A stretch of 64,000 nt of DNA from Eubacteriales bacterium. GTDB lineage: Bacteria; Bacillota; Clostridia; Oscillospirales; CAG-272. Positions within the stretch are counted from its first letter, which is position 1, and each line of letters starts with the position of its first letter. The notes under the pieces were generated by a model. The model worked only from the letters and a program-made list of their open reading frames with translations. It ran no database searches and was not told the origin of the DNA. Shown here piece after piece: positions 54,568 to 64,000 of this stretch. The stretch is from contig JAZSGX010000057.1 of NCBI GenBank assembly GCA_045532975.1, forward strand, positions 3,223-67,222. The letters are read 5' to 3'. The position numbers and the translations under genes were made by a program.

Positions 54568-55347
54568 ATGAAATTTTTTGACACACACGCCCACTGTGAC
54601 GACAAGCGCTTTGAGGCAGAATACGAGGGTGGCACAGAGGGAGTTATCACAGACTGCCTAAATGACAATGTCAGCTATATTATAAACATCGGCACAAACC
54701 TTGAAAACTCCAAGGCTTCGGTTGAGCTGGCAGATAGATTTGAAAACGTATATGCTTCCTGCGGAATACATCCGTCTGACGTGTTTTACAACGACCCGGA
54801 TGAAGCGGTTGCCACTATTGAAAGGCTTTTAAGCCACAAAAAGGCGGTTGCCCTTGGTGAAATTGGGCTTGACTATCACTATGAGGACGTTCCACCCGAA
54901 TTACAAATGGTATATTTTGAAAAGCAAATGAGGCTGGCTGAAAAATTAGACATCCCCGTAATTATACACGACAGGGATGCCCACGGGGACTGCCTTGAAA
55001 TGGTCAAGCGCTTTCCCACCGTCAAGGGCGTTTTCCACAGCTTTAGCGGTAGTGCGGAAATGGCGCTTGAGCTTGTCAGGTTAGGCTGGTACATCTCTTT
55101 TTCCGGCACCGTTACCTTCAAAAATGCAAAAAAGCCAAAGGAGGCTTGTGTGGTTGTGCCAAGTGACAGGCTTTTAATAGAAACAGACGCGCCATATCTT
55201 GCCCCCACTCCCCACAGAGGCGAATTAAACCGTTCCTCATACGTTCAGCTCACTGCTGAGGAAATTGCACGCTTGCGCGGAGTTGAGCTTTCCGAAATTC
55301 AAAAAATCACAACAGAAAACGCAAAAAGGCTATTTAGAATAAAATAA
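54568..55347 (+). CDS. tatD: TatD-family metal-dependent hydrolase
   Basis: Motifs FDTHAH, GEIGLDYH and ETDAPYLAP. Confidence 0.9.
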   Translation: MKFFDTHAHCDDKRFEAEYEGGTEGVITDCLNDNVSYIINIGTNLENSKASVELADRFENVYASCGIHPSDVFYNDPDEAVATIERLLSHKKAVALGEIGLDYHYEDVPPELQMVYFEKQMRLAEKLDIPVIIHDRDAHGDCLEMVKRFPTVKGVFHSFSGSAEMALELVRLGWYISFSGTVTFKNAKKPKEACVVVPSDRLLIETDAPYLAPTPHRGELNRSSYVQLTAEEIARLRGVELSEIQKITTENAKRLFRIK

Positions 55348-55381
55348 AAAAAGATTCATATAATTCATATGAGGTGATTAT

Positions 55382-56128
55382 ATGAAGAAAAAAAGACCGT
55401 TTTTCTACACTGTCAAATTTGCTTTTGTTGTTTTGCTTGCGGCTATATTGATTTTTCTTATCAGTTATGCCTTTTCCAATATTCTTCAAAGTCGAAATTC
55501 ATCCACGTCCCTGCCTGTTTTTAACAAAAGTGACAAGGTGCGCTTTGTTATTGACCCGGGTCACGGGGGTGAGGATGCAGGGGCGGTGGCAGATGACGGA
55601 ACTCTTGAAAAGGACTTGAATTTGGAAATTTCCACTCTGCTTTTTTCCATTTTAGAGTTAAACGGAAAGGAAGTAGTATTAACACGAGATAGCGATACTC
55701 TTCTATACGACAAATATGGAGATTTAGAGGATTACACAGGAAAGAAAAAGGTTTATGACTTAAAAAATCGCCTAAAAATTGCCGAGGAAAAGGAAAACAG
55801 TATTTACGTCGGCATACATATGAACAAATTTCCAGACTCTAAATACAGTGGCTTGCAGGTTTATTTTTCGCCAAATATCGAAACAAGCTACGAGCTTGCA
55901 AAGGATATAAAGGACACGGTTTTTAAAAATCTACAGCCGAGCAACAAAAGGCAGGTAAAAAGGGCGGACGGCTCAATTTACGTTTTGCACAATGCCAAAA
56001 TCCCTGCGGTGCTTATTGAGTGCGGCTTTTTGTCAAATGAAAGCGAGCTTGAGCTACTCAAAAGTGATAATTACCGCCGTGCATTGGCTGTGAATTTATT
56101 CTCTGCCATTGTAAAGTACGAAGGTTAG
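55382..56128 (+). CDS. cwlD: N-acetylmuramoyl-L-alanine amidase, CwlD-like (spore cortex)
   Basis: An N-terminal TM segment followed by an Amidase_3 domain (IDPGHGGEDAGAV, IHMN, ECGFLSN). Confidence 0.75.
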   Translation: MKKKRPFFYTVKFAFVVLLAAILIFLISYAFSNILQSRNSSTSLPVFNKSDKVRFVIDPGHGGEDAGAVADDGTLEKDLNLEISTLLFSILELNGKEVVLTRDSDTLLYDKYGDLEDYTGKKKVYDLKNRLKIAEEKENSIYVGIHMNKFPDSKYSGLQVYFSPNIETSYELAKDIKDTVFKNLQPSNKRQVKRADGSIYVLHNAKIPAVLIECGFLSNESELELLKSDNYRRALAVNLFSAIVKYEG

Positions 56129-56201
56129 GACACTTGATACTTGCAATAGAGCAAAGCCTATGATAATATTAGTGTAGAAACTAAAATTAAGGAATTTTAT
56201 T

Positions 56202-57572
56202 ATGAAAGAAAAGAAAGTTTACGTTTGCACCGAGTGTGACCACCAAAGCCCAAAATGGCTTGGCAGATGCCCCTCCTGCGGAAAATGGAACACCTTTGAG
56301 GAGGAAACCTATAAAGAGCCCACGCCTGTGAAAAACCAACGCATTTCTCTGATTTCCGATGCTTGCGAGCCGATTTTATTTAAGGAAATGGAAATGCCCG
56401 AGTACATACGCTCCCACACGGGAATCAGCGAGCTTGACAGGGTTTTGGGCGGTGGAATTGTTGACGGTAGCGTTATCCTTTTAGCAGGTGAGCCGGGCAT
56501 TGGTAAGTCCACCCTGCTTATGCAAATTTGCTCGCAAATCCCCTCCCGTATTCTCTACGTTTCCGGTGAGGAATCTAAAGGGCAGCTAAAGCTCCGAGGA
56601 CAGCGCTTGGGCGTTGACGGGGATGACACCTATTTTATGACGGAAACCAACGTTGACACTATTTTACAAAGTGCCGACAAGCTAAATCCACGCATTATAA
56701 TAATCGACTCTATACAGACTATGATAGACCCTGCCTGTGCATCAATCCCCGGTAGCATAAACCAAGTAAAGGAATGTGCCACAAAGCTAATTGCCAAGGC
56801 AAAGAGCAAGGGAATTTCCATTATTCTTGTTGGTCACGTTAACAAGGAGGGTACTATTGCAGGACCGAAAATCCTTGAGCATATGGTTGATGCGGTTTTA
56901 TACTTTGAGGGGGAGCGAATACAGTCATACAGGATTATCCGCGCTATCAAAAACCGCTTTGGCTCTACCAACGAAATCGGTGTTTTTGAAATGACGGACA
57001 CAGGACTTTGCGAGGTGCCAAATCCATCTGAAATGCTTTTGTCAGGCAGGCCAACAGGTGTTAGCGGTAGCTGTGCAGTTTGCGTTATGGAGGGCTCCCG
57101 CCCATTGATTGCGGAAATACAGGCATTAGTTACACCAACGTCATACCCTGCTCCACGCAGAACATCAAACGGTGTTGACTATAATCGACTTTGTCTGCTT
57201 TTGGCGGTTCTTGAAAAGCGCTTGGGACTTAAATTTTCCCAATCCGATATTTATGTAAATGTAGTTAGTGGCTTGCGTCTTGACGAGCCGAGTATTGACT
57301 TAGCTGTTGCATTGGCTCTTATTTCAAGCATAAAGGACATCCCAATCCCACAAAACGTCCTTGCTATGGGGGAGATTGGCTTGGCGGGAGAATGCAGGTC
57401 AATTAAGGACGTACAAAAAAGGCTTAACGAGTCCTACCGCTTAGGCTTTGACACCATTGCAATACCGCACAAATCAGCAGACGAAAAGCTGAAAATACCC
57501 AAGGGAGTGTCTGTTATTCCTATACAAAACGTGTATGATGCCCTTTTACTCTTTAAAAGCAAGAGCGAATAA
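56202..57572 (+). CDS. radA: DNA repair protein RadA
   Basis: Zn finger CTECDHQSPKWLGRCPSCGKWN, Walker A GEPGIGKST, the KNRFG motif, and a Lon-like C-terminal domain. Confidence 0.95.
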   Translation: MKEKKVYVCTECDHQSPKWLGRCPSCGKWNTFEEETYKEPTPVKNQRISLISDACEPILFKEMEMPEYIRSHTGISELDRVLGGGIVDGSVILLAGEPGIGKSTLLMQICSQIPSRILYVSGEESKGQLKLRGQRLGVDGDDTYFMTETNVDTILQSADKLNPRIIIIDSIQTMIDPACASIPGSINQVKECATKLIAKAKSKGISIILVGHVNKEGTIAGPKILEHMVDAVLYFEGERIQSYRIIRAIKNRFGSTNEIGVFEMTDTGLCEVPNPSEMLLSGRPTGVSGSCAVCVMEGSRPLIAEIQALVTPTSYPAPRRTSNGVDYNRLCLLLAVLEKRLGLKFSQSDIYVNVVSGLRLDEPSIDLAVALALISSIKDIPIPQNVLAMGEIGLAGECRSIKDVQKRLNESYRLGFDTIAIPHKSADEKLKIPKGVSVIPIQNVYDALLLFKSKSE

Positions 57573-57587
57573 AAAACAATAAATTAG

Positions 57588-57637
57588 CGCTGTGCCTCAA
57601 GGTCAACAGAGAGCCTTGGGGCGCAGCATTTTTTTGT
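57588..57637 (+). terminator. Rho-independent terminator after radA
   Basis: A long stem gctgtgcctcaagg/ccttggggcgcagc (with G-U pairs) followed by TTTTTTT. Confidence 0.6.
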
Positions 57638-57706
57638 TTTGCTGTAATATTTTTCATAAAAGCGCATAATATAGTAAAAGCGACGATTTACTATGGAGGA
57701 GCTTTT

Positions 57707-59515
57707 ATGTGTTCTATTTGCGGAGAGATAAGCTTTAAGAATACGGTTGGTACAGCAGTTAAAAAAATGAACCTGGAAATGAAGCACAGAGGTCCTGATG
57801 ACCAAGGGATTTTTGGGGATGAATACATCACCCTTGGACATAACAGACTAAGCGTAATGGACCCTGAAAACGGAAAACAGCCTATGAGCATAGCTTACGG
57901 GAACAAAAAATATACCATTGTTTATAACGGAGAAATTTACAACTGTGACGAGATAAAAAAGGACATATCAAGACAGGGAATTGAATTAAAAACCTCTTGT
58001 GACACCGAGGTGGTTTTGTACTCTTACATTCTCTACGGTACGGATTGCCCTAAAATGCTAAACGGTATTTTTGCCTTTGCTATTTATGACGGAGAACGGG
58101 TATTTTTCGCCCGTGACCGCTTTGGAGTTAAGCCATTTTACTATTCCGTCAAGGACAACACTCTAATATTTGCCTCGGAAATCAAGGCTATGCTAAAGCA
58201 CCCCAAGATTTCACCAAGCATCGACAAGCGCGGGCTTTGGGAGATTTTGTATCTTAGCCCAAATTTCGTGTCGGGAAAGAGTGTTTTTTGCGATATTTTG
58301 GAATTATGCCCAGGGGAGTGTATGATTTTTGACCGAAATGGGCATTCCAAATGGAAATATTGGGAGATAAAGGCAAAGCCGTTTTTAAAAGACAGAGCTT
58401 ACGCTATTGAGAAAACGAAGGAGCTTGTAACAGATGCGGTAACAAGACAGCTTAACTCCGACGTGCCCTTGAGCGTGCTTTTATCAGGTGGGCTTGACTC
58501 AAGTGTGGTGAGCGCCATTGCAAGCAAGCATTACAGAGAAAAGGGCAAGGTATTAGACACCTATTCCTTTGAATACGAGGGAAACCGAGAAAGCTTTAAA
58601 AACTCTCTTTTTCAGCCTGAGCGAGATGACGAGTACGCAACCTATTTAGCAACCTATTTGGGTACCAACCACACAGTGCTTTCCTGCCCAACAAATGAGC
58701 TTGCCGATTTGCTTTTGCCTGCCACCGCATACAGAGATTTGCCCGGGCAAGCGGATATTGACTCCTCTCTTTTATACTATTGCGGTGAAATTAAAAAACG
58801 ACACACTGTTTGCCTAAGTGGAGAATGCTCCGACGAAATATTTGGTGGTTACCCTTGGTTTTACCGCCCTGAGATGCTATATTCCGACTTTTTCCCTTGG
58901 ATACACGCACCGAAATTGCGCGCCTCTCTTTTTAAGGATGATGTGTCAAAAAGCGACGAGGGATACGAATATATAAAGGAAATTTATAAAAAATCCTTGA
59001 GGGAGTGTCCGATTTTGGACTCTGATACAGAGGAGATGAAAACCGCGCGTATTGCCTCTTACCTAAGCGTTAACTACTTTATGACCTCTCTTTTGCAAAG
59101 AAAGGACAGAATGAGCATGGCGCGGGGGGTTGAGGTGCGTGTGCCATTTGCAGACCACAGAATTTTTGAGTTTGTCTTTAACGTGCCCTGGGAGTTTAAG
59201 CGAGAAAACGGTGTGGAAAAGTCCCTTTTGCGAAGCGCCATGGTGGACTATTTGCCCGACAAAATTCTTTGGAGGAAGAAAAGCCCTTACCCAAAAACCC
59301 ACAACCCAAAATATATGGAGCGCGTGACTGATTTGCTTAAGGAACGGATTAAGAAAGGCGGTTATTTAGCTGAGCACCTTAACACGGAGCAGCTTAATGA
59401 AGTAATAAGCTCAGGTGGTACTTGGTTTGGTCAATTAATGTCCGCACCTCAGCTTGTTGCTTGGCTTATACAGCTTGACTATTTCTTTGAAAGATATAAC
59501 GTAAACCTAATATGA
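57707..59515 (+). CDS. asnB: Asparagine synthase (glutamine-hydrolysing)
   Basis: N-terminal nucleophile Cys2 (MCSICGE), the PP-loop SGGLDSS, and a GGAGGAG RBS. Confidence 0.85.
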   Translation: MCSICGEISFKNTVGTAVKKMNLEMKHRGPDDQGIFGDEYITLGHNRLSVMDPENGKQPMSIAYGNKKYTIVYNGEIYNCDEIKKDISRQGIELKTSCDTEVVLYSYILYGTDCPKMLNGIFAFAIYDGERVFFARDRFGVKPFYYSVKDNTLIFASEIKAMLKHPKISPSIDKRGLWEILYLSPNFVSGKSVFCDILELCPGECMIFDRNGHSKWKYWEIKAKPFLKDRAYAIEKTKELVTDAVTRQLNSDVPLSVLLSGGLDSSVVSAIASKHYREKGKVLDTYSFEYEGNRESFKNSLFQPERDDEYATYLATYLGTNHTVLSCPTNELADLLLPATAYRDLPGQADIDSSLLYYCGEIKKRHTVCLSGECSDEIFGGYPWFYRPEMLYSDFFPWIHAPKLRASLFKDDVSKSDEGYEYIKEIYKKSLRECPILDSDTEEMKTARIASYLSVNYFMTSLLQRKDRMSMARGVEVRVPFADHRIFEFVFNVPWEFKRENGVEKSLLRSAMVDYLPDKILWRKKSPYPKTHNPKYMERVTDLLKERIKKGGYLAEHLNTEQLNEVISSGGTWFGQLMSAPQLVAWLIQLDYFFERYNVNLI

Positions 59516-59516
59516 C

Positions 59517-59543
59517 AAAAAGACGGAATTTTCCGTCTTTTTT
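59517..59543 (+). terminator. Rho-independent terminator after asnB
   Basis: Stem agacgga/tccgtct followed by TTTTT. Confidence 0.75.
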
Positions 59544-59553
59544 AAGTTGATAA

Positions 59554-59582
59554 TTGACTTTTTTATTATCTTATGCTACAAT
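59554..59582 (+). promoter_or_regulatory. Promoter of the MFS transporter gene
   Basis: TTGACT, a 17-nt spacer, then TGcTACAAT. Confidence 0.5.
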
Positions 59583-59611
59583 TCTCTAAGTAACATTTTA
59601 CGAGGTCTTAT

Positions 59612-60844
59612 ATGCACATTAAAAACAATTATAGGGCAACTATTGCCGCTTCCTTTTTAGGATACATAACTCAAGCGATTTTGCTTAATTTCCCGCCCCT
59701 TTTGTATATTTTTTTCCAAGAGGACTTTGGGCTTTCCCTCTCAGAGGTCAGCTTTTTAATCACCGCCAACATTATTGTTGAATTAGCGGTTGACATAATC
59801 GTTTCCAAAATTGCCGCCCGTGTTGGCTACCGCCCCCTTGTGCTTTTGGCAACTGCATTTGCCGTTTTGGGTCTTACATCGATGTTTGCTTTCCCTATGA
59901 TTATTGATAATAAATTTTTGGCTCTCATTTTATCTATGATGCTTTGCGGTGCAGGTGGCGGAATTATGGAGGTGTTAATCAGCCCCATTGTTGAAGCCTG
60001 TCCCACAAAAAACAAAAGCGGTATGATGAGCCTGCTCCACTCCTTTTACTGTTGGGGTCAAGCGGCGGTTGTGCTGTTTTCAACAATTTTCTTCTTGATT
60101 TTCGGACTTGAAAATTGGATGTACGTTGCTATTTTTTGGATAAGTGTGCCTCTTGTTTGTATGCTTTTGTTCTCCCGCGCTCCTATCTATATGCTGGAGG
60201 AGGACAATACTCAGCCGTCTTCTGTATTAACGCTTTTCAAAAGCAAGGTGTTTTGGGTCCTTGTTATTATGATGATTTGCGCAGGAGCCTCCGAGCTTGC
60301 CATGGCTCAGTGGGCATCCGCCTTTGCCGAAAAGGTAATCGGTAACAGTGAATTAAAGTGGTTAACCGATTTGCTTGGTCCTTGCCTGTTTGCGATTTGT
60401 ATGGGCTGCACAAGAGTTTTCTATGCAAAAAAGTCCGAAACCCTTGATTTAACCAAGAGCATTTTCATTTCCTCCTTGATTTGTATTGCCTCTTATCTCA
60501 TTGCAATCTTTTCACCCTTCCCCGCACTCTCCTTAGTCGGTTGCGCTCTTTGTGGCATAGGCGCAGGCATTATGTGGCCCGGCTCCTTTAGTATTGCCAG
60601 CGAAAAAATACCCAATGGCGGTGTTTTGATGTTCGGCTTCCTTGCCTTGGCAGGCGATTTCGGCTGCTTAGCAGGTCCTTCCTTAGCGGGACAAATTTCT
60701 TCCCTGTTCGGCGACGATTTAAAGGTCGGCTTTGCGGTTTCCATTATCTTCCCCCTTACCTTAGCTGTAATTTGCGCCACACTATTCATACGAAAAAGAA
60801 AAAAACATACTTTAACTAAAAGCAACGAAGCGAGCCAAAGCTAA
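59612..60844 (+). CDS. MFS transporter
   Basis: 410 aa with about 12 hydrophobic segments in the 6+6 organisation. Confidence 0.8.
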   Translation: MHIKNNYRATIAASFLGYITQAILLNFPPLLYIFFQEDFGLSLSEVSFLITANIIVELAVDIIVSKIAARVGYRPLVLLATAFAVLGLTSMFAFPMIIDNKFLALILSMMLCGAGGGIMEVLISPIVEACPTKNKSGMMSLLHSFYCWGQAAVVLFSTIFFLIFGLENWMYVAIFWISVPLVCMLLFSRAPIYMLEEDNTQPSSVLTLFKSKVFWVLVIMMICAGASELAMAQWASAFAEKVIGNSELKWLTDLLGPCLFAICMGCTRVFYAKKSETLDLTKSIFISSLICIASYLIAIFSPFPALSLVGCALCGIGAGIMWPGSFSIASEKIPNGGVLMFGFLALAGDFGCLAGPSLAGQISSLFGDDLKVGFAVSIIFPLTLAVICATLFIRKRKKHTLTKSNEASQS

Positions 60845-60857
60845 TGGCTCGCTTCCT

Positions 60858-62498
60858 TTATTCTGCGGAAATTATATAGTAATATATGCTCTGCCCACCG
60901 CGATATAAATTAATGTCCGCCCCTGTTCCTCTCAAAAGCTCTGTTATTTTTTCAAGAGATTTTAAAGCCTCGCCCTCCTTGACGTCTTCACCGTAATATA
61001 CGCTTACGGTTTCCTTGCCCGTTTCCTTGATTTTTTCGCATATTTTTGCAAAGACGCCCTCAATTTCCGCTCCGCTTGACAATAGCTTATTTTCCCACAG
61101 GGCAAGGTATTCCCCTGCTTTAACCTCAATTCCGTCAAGGCTTGAATCACGCACCGCGTAGGTTATTTGAAAGGTGGACACCTGACTAAGCGCCACTTCC
61201 ATTTTGCTCAAGTTCTCCTCGCAATCCCTTTGCTCATCAAAGGCAAGCATGGCGCTAATGCCCTGTGGTACTGTACAGGTTGGCACAACCACTGCATTTT
61301 TTCCGCTTTGCTCACACGCCTGACGGGATGCCATAATCACGTTTTTATTGTTTGGCAAAACAAATACGGTTTCTGCCCCCACATCGTTAATCGCCTGTGT
61401 CAGCTCCTCACAGGAGGGGTTCATCGTTTGTCCTCCTTTTACCACTATGTCCGCCCCAAGCTCGGAAAACAGCTCCCTCATACCGTCGCCGCTTGATACC
61501 GCTACAAAGCCGTACTCCTTATTTTTCGTCTTAGGCATATCTGTCATTCTATTGGTATGCTGAGACCTCATATTTTCTATCTTTACATTTTCAATTTCCC
61601 CATATTCCATTGCCTTGCCTAAAGCCTCGTAGGGGGTGTTTGTATGGATATGCACCTTAACTATTTCTCCGTCGTCCACAAAAACTAAGCTGTCCCCTAT
61701 GCTACTTAAATATTCCTTAAGGTCAAGCGCGCTTTCGGTTTTCTTTTTCAATATTAGCTCTGTGCAATAGGCAAAGGCTATGTCCTCGCCGCTAAAGGAA
61801 GAAAAATCCGCGTTTTTGGTGGTGTCTGTGCTAAAGATGTATTCTTGCTTTGGGTTATCCCCCTTGCCGATTAAGGCTTGGTGCATAGCCCTCATTACCA
61901 CAAGCCAACCCATTCCACCTGCATCAACCACCCCTGCCCTTTCAAGCACGGGGTTTTCCTTCACCGTTTCCTCAAGAGCTTTTTCCGCCGCCTTAATTGC
62001 CACATCTAAAACATATTCAAAATCATTTTTCTTCTCTGCCGCCACACTTGATGCTTGTGCGCTTTTTTTAGCTACTGTCAATATCGTACCCTCGGCAGGT
62101 CTTTCAACCGCTCGGTACGCCTCCTCGACCCCGAGAACGAGAGCGTTTGCAAAGGTGACTCCATCACACTCAAAGCAATTTTCAAGCCCCTTGGCAATTC
62201 CGCGGAACAAAAGGCTGACAATTACTCCCGAGTTACCGCGCGCCCCCCTTAGCATAGCCTGTGCTGTTATGTCTGCCGCCTGGGAAACGATGCCACTCTC
62301 TTTGTTTATCAGCTCTTTTGCGGCATTACCCACAGTGCCTGCCATATTGGAGCCTGTATCTCCGTCAGGCACGGGAAATACGTTTAAATCGTTTATTTTC
62401 TCCTTGCTTTTTTCTAATTCATAAGCCGCGCTTATAATTAAGCTTTTATATTCCTCGCCGCTTATTTTTTTGTATCCTTGCTTCTTTTCTTGTACCAT
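60858..62498 (-). CDS. fakA: DAK2-domain protein (YloV / fatty acid kinase FakA-like)
   Basis: DhaL-type N-terminus (PDGDTGSNM) and a length of 546 aa. Its start abuts the stop of a DegV gene. Confidence 0.8.
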   Translation of the reverse strand: MVQEKKQGYKKISGEEYKSLIISAAYELEKSKEKINDLNVFPVPDGDTGSNMAGTVGNAAKELINKESGIVSQAADITAQAMLRGARGNSGVIVSLLFRGIAKGLENCFECDGVTFANALVLGVEEAYRAVERPAEGTILTVAKKSAQASSVAAEKKNDFEYVLDVAIKAAEKALEETVKENPVLERAGVVDAGGMGWLVVMRAMHQALIGKGDNPKQEYIFSTDTTKNADFSSFSGEDIAFAYCTELILKKKTESALDLKEYLSSIGDSLVFVDDGEIVKVHIHTNTPYEALGKAMEYGEIENVKIENMRSQHTNRMTDMPKTKNKEYGFVAVSSGDGMRELFSELGADIVVKGGQTMNPSCEELTQAINDVGAETVFVLPNNKNVIMASRQACEQSGKNAVVVPTCTVPQGISAMLAFDEQRDCEENLSKMEVALSQVSTFQITYAVRDSSLDGIEVKAGEYLALWENKLLSSGAEIEGVFAKICEKIKETGKETVSVYYGEDVKEGEALKSLEKITELLRGTGADINLYRGGQSIYYYIISAE

Positions 62499-63389
62499 TT
62501 AGCTCTTTCTTTCCTTTCCGAAAAAGAACAGTGCAACCGTACCCGGTCCTGTGTGGGCGCCTATGGTTGTGCCTATGTTATTTATTTTCACATCTCCGCC
62601 CTCCAAGTGAGGGAATTTTGCCATTATCATACGGGCAAGCGTCTCGGCATCCTCGTAGCAATCCGAGTGAGAGATATAGCATTTGCCACTGTAATTCGCA
62701 CCGTTTTCCGCATTTTCTTCCATTATTTTAACCATTCGATTAATTGCGCCCGTCTTTCCTCTTATCTTTTCTCTTGGGATAAGCTTTCCCTGTTTATCCA
62801 CGTTTAAAATCGGACAAATTTTAAGTATAGTGCCAAACCATCCTGCTACCCTTGACACCCTGCCGCCCTTTACATAATATGTCAAGTCCGTTGAAAAGAA
62901 CCAATGGTTTACCTTTAATTTATTTGCTTCAACCCATGCGTAAAGCTCCTCAATGCCCACGCCCGCATCACGCATATCTGCCATTTTGTCAACCAACAGT
63001 CCCATACCCGAGGATGCGCCAAGAGAGTCAACAACATATATTTTCCTATTTGGAAATTGGCTTTTCAATTCATTTTCCGCCATTTTTCCGCTTGACTGCG
63101 CTCCTGAAATGCCCGAGGATAAATTCAAAAGAATTACATCAAGCTCATCCTTTAAAAAAGGCAATAAAAAGCTCTTGTAGTCTTCCTTGTTTGGCTGTGA
63201 GGTTTTAGTATCCGCTCCGCCACGCATAATTTGGTAAAAGCTTTCTCCACTGACGGTTTTACCTAAATCATCCTTATATTCACGTCCATTTATATAATAG
63301 GTAAATGCAATATATTCAATTCCTCTTTTTTTCATATGCTCCTGTGAAATGTCAGCGGTGGAGCAGGTTGCAATCACATAATCTTTCAT
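62499..63389 (-). CDS. DegV-family fatty-acid-binding protein (FakB-like)
   Basis: DegV length and N-terminal motif (VIATCSTADIS). Directly coupled to the DAK2 gene. Confidence 0.85.
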   Translation of the reverse strand: MKDYVIATCSTADISQEHMKKRGIEYIAFTYYINGREYKDDLGKTVSGESFYQIMRGGADTKTSQPNKEDYKSFLLPFLKDELDVILLNLSSGISGAQSSGKMAENELKSQFPNRKIYVVDSLGASSGMGLLVDKMADMRDAGVGIEELYAWVEANKLKVNHWFFSTDLTYYVKGGRVSRVAGWFGTILKICPILNVDKQGKLIPREKIRGKTGAINRMVKIMEENAENGANYSGKCYISHSDCYEDAETLARMIMAKFPHLEGGDVKINNIGTTIGAHTGPGTVALFFFGKERKS

Positions 63390-63496
63390 TTTTTCAAATC
63401 CTCCTTATCTTGACAAGTATTGCCTTGCCACAAAGCTATTTTATCAAAAAATTTGAAAAAGTCTCCCTACTTATGCTTTTTACAATTCTATCAAAT

Positions 63497-63533
63497 AAAA
63501 AATGCACTCTACGGTGGGTAGAGTGCGGTTTTT
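63497..63533. terminator. Bidirectional stem-loop terminator
   Basis: Stem gcactctac/gtagagtgc flanked by an A-run and a T-run. Confidence 0.6.
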
Positions 63534-63564
63534 ATATAGAAATTCATACACGGGGTGAGGTTTT

Positions 63565-64000
63565 TTACTTTTTGGCAATTTCGCCGTCCCCCTTAAGCCT
63601 TTCTCCCTTGCGCTTGAAAAGTCCCGATGTTTTTTTAACAAGAGAGACGTAAAAGCTTGTTTTGAAGCTTAAGAGAATAATTAGCTGAGCAGGGATGCCT
63701 ATTAAAAAAAGCTGCCAATTGTTTTGCCAAAGCAAGGCTATATAAACGGTTAAAATCAATGACCACATTAAAAGTGAAACGCATAGGCACAGTGCCCTTA
63801 TGTGATGCCAAACAGCACTGAAAACAAGCTGTGACGTAAAAATTACAGGTAACGCATATATAAAAATTTGCCAATAAATTTCGTTAAGCGTAAGATACAA
63901 AATAACCGTTAACAAAACCGACACTGCAATTATACCAAGGGCAACCGTGTGGGAAATCAGTCTTTTTGTATTTCTTATAGGGGCGGTATCAACGTGCCTG
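63565..64000 (-). CDS. Integral membrane protein, N-terminus outside window
   Basis: The frame stays open upstream of the listed GTG to base 64000 (..RHVDTAPIRNTKRLISHTVALGIIAVSVLL..). It has multiple hydrophobic segments. Confidence 0.5.
   Translation of the reverse strand, partial: RHVDTAPIRNTKRLISHTVALGIIAVSVLLTVILYLTLNEIYWQIFIYALPVIFTSQLVFSAVWHHIRALCLCVSLLMWSLILTVYIALLWQNNWQLFLIGIPAQLIILLSFKTSFYVSLVKKTSGLFKRKGERLKGDGEIAKK

Noticed and set aside
1-64000. A search for prophage, integrase, transposase, toxin-antitoxin, restriction-modification, retron or reverse-transcriptase, and cas genes.
   Set aside because: No ORF in the six-frame track shows the corresponding motifs. The only N6-adenine methyltransferase motif (NPPY, 49408-50154) is in the conserved tRNA/rRNA-modification context next to rsmI, with no nuclease partner.

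Overview
The gene content points to a spore-forming, Clostridia-like Firmicute: cotJABC, cwlD, yaaT/ricT, ymcA/ricA, nfnAB and fakA/fakB are all present. By hand counts on sample lines, most of the window is roughly 45-50% GC. I call about 50 protein genes, almost all housekeeping. One long minus-strand run is miaB-ricA-mutS-mutL-tgt. A second is Gfo-coaE-M18 peptidase-eda-prfA-sua5-parC. A plus-strand run is holB-ricT-2 ferredoxins-methyltransferase-rsmI, then nagA-metG-tatD-cwlD-radA-asnB. There is one tRNA-Leu(GAG), and no rRNA, CRISPR array, transposase or integrase. I could not identify a clear-cut novel multi-gene system such as a defence island.

The parts most worth a second look are these:
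1. A ~4.7 kb AT-rich two-gene island (40.8-45.5 kb) sits between convergent trkH and gap. Near-identical copies of one terminator hairpin bracket it. It encodes a 1096-aa secreted protein (DNRLRE-like region, two ricin-type lectin regions, and a C-terminal domain with a caspase/CHAT-like His...Cys pattern), plus a lipoprotein and a promoter/terminator-bounded ~105-nt leader.
2. Two lipoproteins (3042-5327 and 31195-33279) are built from about 14 and 7 tandem His-Cys3 mini-modules. The second is fused to a trypsin-like protease.
3. Downstream of tRNA-Leu, the tRNA 3' end is duplicated, followed by a 233-bp unit in exact tandem.
4. A 147-bp insertion or duplication between mutS and mutL recreates the mutL RBS and first six codons as a 28-codon upstream ORF.
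5. GC-rich hairpin and heptamer repeats form a mosaic between rsmI and nagA.

All functional calls rest on motifs I recognised by eye. No database search was run.
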